A stretch of 63,561 bases of DNA, counting the filler, from Neolecta irregularis DAH-3 (Eukaryota), in NCBI GenBank assembly GCA_001929475.1. It is 7 parts of 7 records of this genome, joined end to end, with 100 filler letters (N's around TTAATTAATTAA, not from the genome) between each part and the next. Parts side by side here need not be neighbours in the genome. Positions count along the whole stretch, not along the records: positions 1 to 3,254 come from LXFE01003014.1; positions 3,355 to 28,113 come from LXFE01000292.1; 5 more parts are not named here. The stretch is one strand, 5' to 3'. The position numbers were made by a program, and so were the translations under genes. The notes below the pieces were generated by a model. That model was not told the DNA's origin. It saw only the letters and a list, made by a program, of their open reading frames with translations, and searched no databases. Shown here piece after piece: positions 1-10,204 of this stretch. Every line of letters starts with the position of its first letter. The first letter of the stretch is position 1.

Positions 1-577
1 TCTCTCTGTTAAGTTATTAACCAAGATGTGAACTATCCGAAGTGCTCTAAGCTGAATTCGCAGGGAAAGCTGAGACGTGATCGCTTTCTCCCTTCTTTCT
101 TGTCTCATCTGGACGAACACTCTTAAATATTAATATCTTTAAAACACAAGCTTCAGCTCAACTCAGTTTTCTACATTTAGAATTTCAAGAATTTGGAACC
201 TTATGGAACTCGGAGTATCGGTCGATAACTGATCTTGAATCCGATCTTGATATAGAAATCGTCTTTCACCGTCGTAATAGTTAAAAAAAACAAGACGGCA
301 GTTGTCGAGTATGCAAGGCACTTTATTTAACCATATTAAAAGGTAAGTCTGATCAGGAAACGAACAGACGATCAAGTTTACCCGTTGGTGTTCAAGCGAG
401 CCGCTTCGAAGAAGTAATAGCGACTCCTTTCCAATACTCTTAGGCATATCTGTATTATTTCCGCTCGTTTATTCTCCGTGAGATTATCGCGATAAAGTGT
501 TTTGTCGAACCATTTGCCTTGCAATGAGTACGGAGATTCACTTTAGTTACGTTGACTTGACCCCAACCTATACAATA

Positions 578-1277
578 ATGGCACAACAATCTCCAATGGA
601 GCCGCCCGCGCCGCCATCAAACCCCGAATCTAGCGCTCTGGAAACCNNNNNNNNNNGCACAACAATCTCCAATGGAGCCGCCCGCGCCGCCATCAAACCC
701 CGAATCTAGCGCTCTGGAAACCTTAGAGAAACAACTCCGCTCATTGGTCGATATTATGCTCGAAGCAAGCATTGCAATTCATGATGTTGAAGGGCCTCAA
801 TCAAACCAGATAGTTGCTTCGAAATTGTACATTTCCTCTGTTCACCAAAGCTCACAAGATAGAAAAGAGACTGTAAGTCAGTTTCAGAGCTTACTACGCA
901 TTAAAGATTCGATTACAGAAACAGTTCCACAGGACGTACTACAGTATCCTGACATTGGATCGGCAAACGTTGATCAATTTCAGATACATTGAAGACGGTA
1001 GAAATCCCGATGTCTATACCCGCGACTTCGTGGAATTGGTACGGAAAGATAATCAGTTTGTCAATGGCAAGATAAAGGCTGCCAGGGTATCCTATCGATG
1101 TAAAGAGAGCTTGACGATTAGGATTTTGCACTTATTTTTGGCAAAGAACTTCAATATTCGTTTCCAGAGCTGAAAGATGATGTTGAGAGAGTTTGGAGGG
1201 CTACAGGGCTCGGCGAGGCCACTGAAGAACGAGAAATGATTAAAGAAGGCCAAATAAATGGAAACACGACTGTGTAA
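578..1277 (+). CDS. MED10: Mediator complex subunit 10 (Nut2), 3 introns; 5' part duplicated around a 10-N gap
   Basis: Spliced product has [36 protein letters not shown] (Med10 signature). Three GT-AG introns restore the frame to TAA at 1277. Confidence 0.93.
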
Positions 1278-1758
1278 ATAAAATTTGGTGAAGGGTACTT
1301 GGATTCTGTGAAATTGCTAAACAATACGGTTTGTTTGATATCTCCATTTTCCCCTAGAATAATTCTTGCAAGCTTTAAGGTTTGTTTATTTCGAAGCAAG
1401 GACTAACATGTCTTTTCGAAAAGATCTTCAACCAGGAAAGGATTCTCTCCTTCTTTAAATATTCGTTCTGGGTTTCGTTTCGCAATGTCGAAAATTGGCT
1501 GTCGAAAATTCTGAACAACAAATCTGCTGGATTTTCGATCGTTATCCAGATCAATGCTCTCATGAATAAGCCCCAAACCAGTCTTAGAGCTTTTCAACAG
1601 ATATCAAACAATTCAATGGTTTCATTTTCGCAGTCGGTTCCTCCAATTTGTTGGATTAAACTCAATGGTCAAGTATATTGAAGATCATTACGAGCACCTC
1701 TGATTCCCCTGAACAACCGAACTTGAAAATAGTATGGGCTTCCCTCTTTCGAGAGAAT

Positions 1759-2021
1759 GGCCTGTCTTGCTAATCAAGCCAGGCCCTACTTATAGAAGAA
1801 CTAGCAGATGCGCTTCCTCATCTCTGTTTGCCTCCCTGCATACCTCTCGCGTGGTAAAGCTTGTGGCCGTCCTGACTTGGCTCGGTAGTACTGTTTGCCA
1901 CAGTTAGGCTGCTTTGATCAGCGTCAACGTCAGTGAGTCTTGAACCGCTGGGGGAGTCCTGGTGGCTTGGGATGAGGGTTGCCGGTGCTGTCTGATCGTG
2001 GGGCATGATTAAGTCTCCACA
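1759..2021 (+). mobile_element. 5'-truncated solo LTR, family A
   Basis: Aligns by eye with 25556-25822 (hairpin, TATA, GTGGGG..CCACA end). Confidence 0.8.
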
Positions 2022-2125
2022 CAGCTCGTCCTAAATAGAAAAAGCAGCCACAGGGATATCCCACATTATGAAACAACAATCATACACAAGGCAAAGGAGA
2101 CACTAAAAACGAGCCGCTGCCGGGT

Positions 2126-2225
2126 CGCTCCCGGGTGGGTTCGAACCACCGACCCTTCGGTATTAAGGTCCTCTGTAATCAGAAGGGCTAACAGCCGAAT
2201 ATAATAACCACTATACTACGGAAGC
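2126..2225 (-). tRNA. tRNA-Asn(GTT) with 27-nt intron
   Basis: Reverse complement GCTTCCGTAGTATAGTGGTTATTATA-TTCGG-CT-GTT-A-[intron]-A-CCGAA..GGTTCGAACCC..CGGGAGCG. A/B boxes and a T5 terminator downstream. Confidence 0.93.
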
Positions 2226-3189
2226 AGTCACATGAGGATTTGCTGAATGGCCTAGTGAATTATACTATATAAATGCCGGTGACGGTTCAGTTTAGTGAGT
2301 TCATTGAGATCTAAGCTGGCAGAATTTTTCATGTTGGGCAGACATCTATACTATAACCTTTCTTTACTTGAAGCCAAATTTAAATTAATATACCATGTGT
2401 TCCATGTGAATTGTCAAGCAGTGAACTGACCACCACCCCAGCACTCGTAGGCTACTTTATCCAATTTCACCACCAGTAGTCTGCTTTGCCTTTCCCAGGG
2501 TATTATTCAGTCATAGAGTATTACTGCTTATACCCACCTCGATACCTGTTATCTAACCGAGATATGAACTAGTAGAATACTTCACCCCTGATAAATTTGT
2601 CTTGTGGAAAGAAACGTCATTTGAATAGGGGGTTTGTATGTTTCTGGTGGATTTTTGGATCGTAGTAGTAACAAGACAAGAAGGCATTCATTGAATATTG
2701 AAGAAAGTAAAGGCGAAGGAGGAATAGCAAAATTACGCTATTCCTATTTACAGAGTTTCGGAGGAGACTGATATCAGATATTTAAGACATCTTGAAGAAT
2801 ATTGTGAAGTGAATTGCTATGTCGGTATAGATACGTCAAAAACTCTTCAACAATTTGAAATGCTTTGAAGAAATGATGATTTACCATCTGATAAAGCGCC
2901 CGGTCGTCACCATACTGTATACGTCAGGGAATATGGGGCTGGGAGTTTGAGTTAGTCGCTAAAGAAATCCGCTTACTCGTAATAATATTTAAACACTCGG
3001 ATTTGTGGACCAAAGTCATGTCGCTACGAGACCTTTTGTATTTCGATAAATCATCGATCAAGATGTTTTTTTCATGGAGTCTAGGCCGGCTAGCTGTTTA
3101 ATACCGTGAACATGTATAAGGATGGTTCAACCAGAAAAAGCCCACAGGTAACGCAAAAGCACAACGAAGAACTAATAAATATGATCGGC

Positions 3190-3254
3190 TGTAAGGGTAT
3201 ATCCCGGCTATTACCCGGATATACCCATACCAATACAGCAAGTGGCGGAAAGGG
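3190..3254 (+). mobile_element. 5' end of a young LTR (family B-related), running into a gap
   Basis: Begins TGTAAG; exact reverse-complement copy at 29785-29848; similar to the 5' end of the solo LTR at 38197. Confidence 0.75.
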
Positions 3255-3354
3255 NNNNNNNNNNNNNNNNNNNNNNNNNNNNNNNNNNNNNNNNNNNNTT
3301 AATTAATTAANNNNNNNNNNNNNNNNNNNNNNNNNNNNNNNNNNNNNNNNNNNN
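3255..3354. other. Assembly linker (N44-TTAATTAATTAA-N44); same at 28114-28213, 29685-29784, 31397-31496, 59966-60065, 61739-61838
   Basis: Identical 100-nt spacer with a six-frame stop cassette. Confidence 0.97.
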
Positions 3355-3449
3355 CCAGCTATGATACTTGAGAATAGAAATGGGAGCCAGATGATGTTTG
3401 TTTGCAATTTTGTATACCAACTTTTTATTTATGTAGAGTATTGTGGGGA

Positions 3450-3510
3450 TGTGAGTGTTGCAGCTTGAGTACAATAAGATCAGGTTATATTTCCTTAATC
3501 TAAGCTTGTT
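3450..3510 (-). mobile_element. 3' end fragment of LTR family B
   Basis: GTACAATAAGATCAGGTTATATTTCCTTAA matches the reverse complement of 38420-38471; a smaller piece lies at 22497-22529. Confidence 0.65.
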
Positions 3511-3599
3511 GACGTGTAAGCTTCACATACCTTCTTGTAGATGTAAGGACATCGCCGCGTGCAGCAGGTGCGGCCATGCAAGGCCTCGCAGCGCTTACA

Positions 3600-3790
3600 C
3601 AAAAAACCCCAGCGGCCAGCAGAGCGCACCCCGTCCCGCCCGCCTCTCGCCCGTCGCCTGCCTCCCTCCCGTCTCCCATCTCGCTCCCCCGCCTCCCCGC
3701 CCGTCTTGCGCACCTGGCGTGTCTCTCCCGCCTCGCCTATCCTGCACGTCCCGCCCGCGCGTCCCGCTCGTCCTGCCGGCCCATTGCCAA
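3600..3790 (+). repeat. GC-rich, C/T-skewed dispersed repeat (related tracts at 15840-16120 -, 22540-22680 -, 23090-23280 +)
   Basis: CCCCAG(C/A)GGCCAGCAG..CACCTGGCGTGTCTCTCCCGCCTCGCCTATCCTGCACGTCCCG is shared with the reverse complement of 15960-16120. Confidence 0.8.
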
Positions 3791-4760
3791 CACTGGATGC
3801 AACCGAATGGTTCCAGGCAAATGAGACTGAAATCGAGACAATAGACGATTTCTACACCTTGTTTGCACAGAAATTTGTTGAGGAAAGCGATGTCAGTATT
3901 GCACAGGTTCAATTCAGAAATGTCAAGCAAGGCAACCGTACCGTGTTGGAATATGCAGATGAGTTTCACTCACTATGCCGAAAGATTGGCCGCACCCATT
4001 GCTCAGAACGATTCGCTATCGAAAAGTTTGCAAATGGATTGCATCCAACCATTTACACTCAATGTATTCCGGAGATCATACGAACTGAATAGCTCCATAT
4101 ATTTGTTGCAGCGGCAATGTTAATGGAATCCGACATTGCAAATAGAGCTTCTAGCAAAAGAAGTGGGTGGCGAACAGAAAGTCCTAGAAAGTTAAGCAGC
4201 GACAGAATGGTGAATGTTTCCAATGTGGCACACGAGGTCATATGGCTCGAGACTGCAGGAAAAGCATGAAAAAGAGATCTAATACGAACCATTCAGTAGG
4301 AAGAAAGGATATTATGTCATTTAGCCTAGAGGAAGAAGCAAATACAGTCTATTCCGAGTGCAGTTTCACAACTTCAACCAAACCAACACATAAAGTACAA
4401 ATACCACTCACAGTGGGCATTCAGGTTGGTAATAGGGTTGTGGAGGCACTGATTGACACTGGGGCACCATGCAATCTCATTGCATCAACCGTCGCAGATC
4501 AGCTAAGAGGACAAATTGAAGTCGACGTCTTGAGCAGAAAATCCGTTTGTCTCAAGCCTTGCAGGGGGGTCACGCTGAGATCATTCGCGAATATATCGAA
4601 ATTCCAATATCAATTCCCTTGATAAAGTTTACTTCAGAGACAACAATGGTATTTCATATTGTTCCATTGAATAAATATGAAGCGATTTTGGGAGAACCTT
4701 TTATTACGAGTTTTAAATTGACTATAAAACCATACAAAAGATGAGTTACTATGAAAGGGA
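3790..4760 (+). mobile_element. Degenerate Ty3/gypsy gag-protease remnant
   Basis: Retrotransposon gag (KQGNRTVLEYADEF..KFANGL), zinc knuckle CFQCGTRGHMARDC at 4215-4256, aspartic protease ALIDTGA at about 4446-4466. Stop at 4090 and frameshifts. Confidence 0.88.
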
Positions 4761-5006
4761 GCAAGCAAAATACCTTTCAAACAGCAATAGTATTAGGAAA
4801 CCATGGCCTCATGAGAAGAATACCCAGACCGGGCGTTTGAGCAACCAGTAATCCTAGAAAGTTATGAAGATGAGCATAGTATTGAACAAAGCTAGATGTT
4901 GTAGGATCGCAAAGGCCTCAGCAAGGCAGGTCTGGGTGCAGGCGCAGACGGACTGGAAGACGCAGAATGCGGCACTTACGGAGAAGGCCTGTATAGTATT
5001 ATTTAA

Positions 5007-5090
5007 TATCACGTGAAAAAGCCCGTTTCGGCCCATAGGCTTAGGGCTTTTAATGGGCCGGGCTAAGCCCATGGCCCATTACCAACACTG
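5007..5090 (-). mobile_element. hAT-like DNA transposon terminus (CAGTGTTGG..)
   Basis: Reverse complement resembles 15593-15680: CAGTGTTGG start plus GCCCATGGGC/AAAAGCCC subterminal motifs. Confidence 0.6.
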
Positions 5091-5429
5091 GTGTCAGGTT
5101 CGGGGGTGTTAGTTTCATCGCCCCGGAGCTTAGTCGTCAACACTAGGGCTCGCTCCCAGCTCGAAGTACATCAAGTCTGAGCATTCACTCAACAGACCCG
5201 TCTTTATTTAGATTGAATTCGATATCGGCTTCTTGAAATGTGTTATGGATATTGACAACGATCTTCCATGGCGGGCGCAGCCGATCATTTACTCTCTTCA
5301 ATAGTTTAAATCTTTAGAAGCCATTTTATATTACCAAAGTCATATTAAGCAATTCAACTTGAGAATCTAATTCAATGAGACATTTACTTATAGCCAATTC
5401 CCATTTCGTTCTCTTAGAATCATCTTCCA

Positions 5430-6125
5430 TTACAATGCAACGAATAATCCAAGCATCCCTCCCAACAATCCAGAAGCAATGGCATTCTTTCCGGAACCAC
5501 TATTCGCAGTGGCCAGGGTCGAATTCGAACCTCGCAAAGTAGGAGCTCCAGTTGAGGCTGTAGTGTTGCTACCCGTCGTCACAGTGGATGAATTCGTTGC
5601 TTGCGCGGATGTAGTTGCACTCAGCGAAGATGGTACACTAATCGCGACCGATGTAGCAATTGAAGGTGCAGAAGTAGCCGGTATGGCGCCAGAGCTGACA
5701 GGCGTCAAGGAAGTGCTTGCAGCCGAACAAGTACTGCAGGGTTGAATTTCGAACAGCGGCGAGCCCTCAAAGTCCACCATTGCAGAGGATGAACCTCCGC
5801 CGATCTCGATTTCGTAATCCTTGCTGGCTGGCAGGTTGGTATCTGGATTCCATAGATACGAGCCAGTGTTCTGGACTGATTCCGCGATGGTGAGGACAGT
5901 ATCGTCGTCTTTCTTCAAGATAATCGAGACTCTTGAGTAACTTGTGCCAGGGTCTGTTTGCCAGGTGATAGTGTACACACCTCCTCCCGCTGCCCATTAG
6001 GACATGTTCGTTCCATGGTGAGACTGCATACCTTGAATAACAGCATTCTCGGCCGGTGCCAGGATGGTAAAGCCAGCAAAAACAATTGAAGGCAATACGG
6101 AGAGAATGAAAGTCTTGAAGTTCAT
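5430..6125 (-). CDS. Secreted Ser/Thr-rich GPI-anchored cell wall protein (Kre9/Knh1 N-terminal-like domain), 1 intron
   Basis: Signal peptide MNFKTFILSVLPSIVFAG; YTITW..IAESVQNTGSYLW..YEIEI domain; S/T stalk; hydrophobic C-terminal GPI signal. Confidence 0.85.
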
Positions 6126-7506
6126 CGGATAGGGACGAGAGAAAATCAAAGGCCGAAGAAGGCTTTTTAAACATTTGTTCCGCGGGCTTACTTATCTTTG
6201 ACGAGGTGACAGATCATCAATTAGCCAACAAAGCAGAGCTTTCTATCGCTAAATATTTTGCCAATCGTCATACCTAAAAATACATATCTCGGCGGGACCG
6301 ATTTCGTACCTCCGTACTTGGCCCGGTCGGTAGAACCACCCATGAAGATACAAACACTGATCTTGGTTCGCCAGGCCCAAATATAAGCACATTTGACCAT
6401 TGTTCTGTATGCGGGGTGTCTTTAAAACAGCAAGTAGGGAAACCACACATAGAAATGCCCAAAGGAGGCGGTATGTTGGTGTGACTTGAAAATCAAACTT
6501 CGTGGATGTTTATTATACGTAGGGCAGTTGTAGTCCACTTATTTGTAGAAGTTGAGGAAGATCAGCGGAGAGAACATGCGAGATTGAAAGGCGTTGCCAT
6601 CAAAGATGGACTAACCTTGAATAAGTTGATTGAACTTATAGGATCGCCAGCTTCAAGAATCGACTAGTGCAGCAGGTTGAATTTCTGAATGGGGATGACC
6701 CCCTTTGAAATGTAATAAAATGTAATAAAATCTGATCTGTCATTGGACAACCAACTTATCAACTCCATGCGTCCTGTCGGAATACTGGATACCCGAAGCT
6801 AAAAATATCTCAGTCTAGCTTGTCTGAGAGATCAACACTGAAGTATTATCGTAAGCAGGCTCAAATGATGCGAGATTTGCAGGAAGAATAACCGAGTGAG
6901 CTTGGTAGATAATTAAAGTAAAAACTTAGACTTGAGTTGTTATTCTATAGGTTGAAAATGAGGAACTTCACAGCTCTACTCTATGGACAATCGGCAGGAC
7001 ACGTAAGAAAAACAACGAAATGAGAGATGCCTACGATACAATGCTCTCTTCCCAGGTTGAGAGTGCTATGGCGGGCCGAGTCCCATCAAATGTGCTCATT
7101 CCTACAAATGCGCGATCGAGACCACACATGCGCTGTTAAAGTAAGGCAAACGCGTAATGTTGATCAGCGGAAAAAGATAATTATTAGCATAAAGTAAAGG
7201 AGAGAAGCTTGAGAGGACAGGTCAGACAGAACGGGTGTCAGACAGACGAGAAAATATATAATGGGAAATAGTGTTGGGGTCAACCTGGCCTTGTATATAA
7301 TATGTTAGCAGATCCGGAGAGTCCGAACCACAGTAGTAGACTTGCCCTTATATTAGCATTTCCGTTAAATTCTCTCTACTGTATCTTTAGATATTTCACT
7401 AAAACCTAAAACAACACATAAATACTGAAACCATTTCAAAAACCAACAAAGCATGCCAAATAAACATACACTAAACCCTGAAAAACATACAACAGAACAA
7501 AAGGTA

Positions 7507-8980
7507 CTAAATATCATCCTCATCACTCTCATCACTCTGGTTCTTGATCCATTTGGCGCCAAGCCATCGTCTAATACAACTCTCAATAGGCCTTTTCTGA
7601 GGACTTTCCGGCGGGACAAGCATATCTGTGCTAATTAGCGATTCGTCGCCTATTCTGCTGACTTACAAAACCCGGAATCAAGACTTGTTGGCTCACACTG
7701 ACATTTCTGTTCCATGAATGGCGGGCAATGAGAATTGACATCATGTCTTTCATGTTAATGTAGGTCTGAACGCGAGAATTACACGTAGCCAATATCTCGA
7801 AAGAAGTGCACTGCATCTTTCGGGAGAAGAAGGGATAAAGCAAGGGTATGAACAGGCGCATCTCCAAGTCTTTCGTAAAAGAAACCACCTTTTTTGTCGA
7901 GATAATCAAAGTAAGCGTTATATTTATCGCCGCGGAAGAAATTTAAATTTGCTAAAAGGAGCATGAGCTTTGTGCGCGAGGAACTGGGTTCACAAACCAA
8001 TCTCAAAATTTGAAAAGTATTGGCAGCTATTGTATTCGCCGTCTTCATCCAACAGCCAATCTAAATTTCGATCCGGATGCAAAAGCTCAGGACGAAGAGA
8101 CATAAATTCCTTGGTTGTCTTCCATAAGCTCGGAAAGGATCTAGCGTCATCCAGAATATTGATATTAAAGCCTATTTATTAGCCAAGCTCCTCTATTGCA
8201 TACTGCCATAGGTTTTGTTATGTCTTACCATAAATTGGAAAGGATCATAGTCGATATCACAGAGAAACTTGACATCAGGTTCAACACGCCAGTACCAGTC
8301 AAATGTATCTAATCGGGGGTGTTTATAAAACATCCCAGAATTCCAACGACTATTGAAATTAGTAAATATAACGCTCAGTAGCAGGTAAAGCATTACCACA
8401 TATGATGGTACGATACCATCCAGCCTTTCCCTACGCCAATCGCCCCAAGATACTCTAAAGAATTCATGAAGCGGGTATTCTGGTTCATGAGAAAAGAAGG
8501 CTTGTTATATGATATTACGTCAATCCATTTTGGTATTGACCAATGTTCTTCTAGTACCAATTCTACCTGCATCAACAATATCCTTCCGAGAAGTTTACCA
8601 TAAAAGCATTCCGCCTTCGTCAAGCTCCGTGTCACTTCTTTAAATTCTTCCGTAAATGGTTCTTGTAAGGAGGTTAAAACTGAGTTTCTGAAGGGCAAAC
8701 CCTCATTGAAAAAAACCCAGGGATAATTGAAGCGATGATTGAATCGCCTTTCGAGGTGTACCATACTCTGCTTCATTCCCTTCAACTCGGAATTGCGAAC
8801 CAGACTAATCAATGCAGCTTTTGGCATTTCTTGGTCATTTTCCTGATGCAATTGTGATCTTGTGTAGTTTTTCAGGGGATGCGGAGCCGAAGTACGATTG
8901 AGGACTGCGAAAAATGATATCAACAGGAGAAGGATAAGAATAGGATAGCTAAGAAGGATCCTGGGCTCACGAGAGCCCAT
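7507..8980 (-). CDS. GT15 alpha-1,2-mannosyltransferase (KRE2/KTR family), 8 introns
   Basis: N-terminal TM; AALISLVRNSEL, YPWVFFN, SYHHMCRW, YWRVEPDV, FSNFEI, GGFFYERLGDAPVH. The last exon ends ..ESCIRRWLGAKWIKNQSDESDEDDI*. Confidence 0.92.
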
Positions 8981-10204
8981 TAGAACAGATGATTGGGAAG
9001 GAAACTCTGATTGCTTCCGCGGAGTGTTTATTGAAAGTGGAGAAAATCGGCAGTGTTAATTTGGAGGCGTTGGCGCTCGATAGGCTTCCAGCACTGATCT
9101 CGGCTCGCCAAGGGTTGCACAAATTTGATATTCGTCAAGAGGATGTGATCTCAGGGAAATGACATCTAAGGACATCTTGTCTGAACTCTCATGGATGTAT
9201 CGATAGGATCGAATGATAAAAATCATTTAATCAAGACAGCGAGATTGCGGATCCAAAGCACTGATGCTGTGGAAAACATGGGCCTATGTAAGTGTTGAAG
9301 CTCAAGTACGAATAAGACCAGGTTATTATACTAGTCTAAGTGACTTGAACTTGATTAGGTATGAACGCCTATCTAACTTTTATAGTACAAATGAAAATGC
9401 CGCAATATCATTGCCAGCCTTCCTTCCGTAATGGTAAGCTATACCCGAGAATATATACTTACAGCTTATCTAGCCAAACTCTGAGGGCTAATGACGGATG
9501 AACAGAAAGACACAAGGGTTCTGACTGTGGAGGCTCTATAATATAGAGCACCAATTTGTTCCTCACTGTCTTTCCAAGTGCTAGAATTAACTTTTTGAAC
9601 CGAAGGGAATGATAAAGTCACTATCATACACAAATATATTTGTGATCAGGTGCTGAACTTTAACCCGGCTAAAAGGGAGTTAAGACCCATTCGCAAATAG
9701 CATAGTTATTTTCAACCAAATGAGCCACGCTAGCTACCACAACCTAAATCTGACAAGAGTATCCGCCGCCAAAGGTCTTATACTCAGACATATCCATTGT
9801 AAGGCGTGGATTACACTGTATGCTTGGCTAATAGCCCAGACACTTGGACAGATTGAATTTTCAATCTTATAGATGGTAGTAATAACACGAGGGCTTTACA
9901 CAGAAGCAACCTGACTAACAAACAAGAAAGAAGTCAAAAATACCAGATTTCAACAAGGAGTTGAATACTCATTGAATAGTTGTCAGAGATGTAAGGAGCT
10001 ATATAAAAAGTCATAAGGCTAGGTATCTATATGAAGACCTTTTGCATATCTGGAGAAGTGCTTGACCAGCGTTTCCACCCTTGATTGGCATTCGCAATTC
10101 CTTGATCGTGTATATCGTGTTCATTGGTCGCGAATTAAAACAATGAAAATGACGGCAAGGCTGGAACGTTCGGATTGTTCACCTCCAATTGACGACTCGA
10201 GTAT

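Noticed and set aside
581-722. Exact 66-bp tandem duplication in the MED10 5' region
   Set aside because: The copies abut a 10-N gap, so this is an unmerged contig overlap, not biology.
3299-3310. Recurrent palindrome TTAATTAATTAA
   Set aside because: It always sits in the centre of a 100-nt N block; an artificial six-frame-stop linker.
3455-3969. Overlapping Pro/Arg/Gly-rich ORFs (also 15785-16167, 22762-23532, 60243-61084)
   Set aside because: They arise from stop-poor GC-rich repeats or lie antisense to TMA7; no domain signal.
5092-5257. TGTCA..TGACA-bounded segment as a solo LTR
   Set aside because: No target-site duplication and no second copy in the window.
8172-8206. Possible GC donor in the KTR gene (YG|F)
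   Set aside because: A strong in-frame GTATGC donor 3 nt away works with one extra Ser; cannot be decided from sequence.
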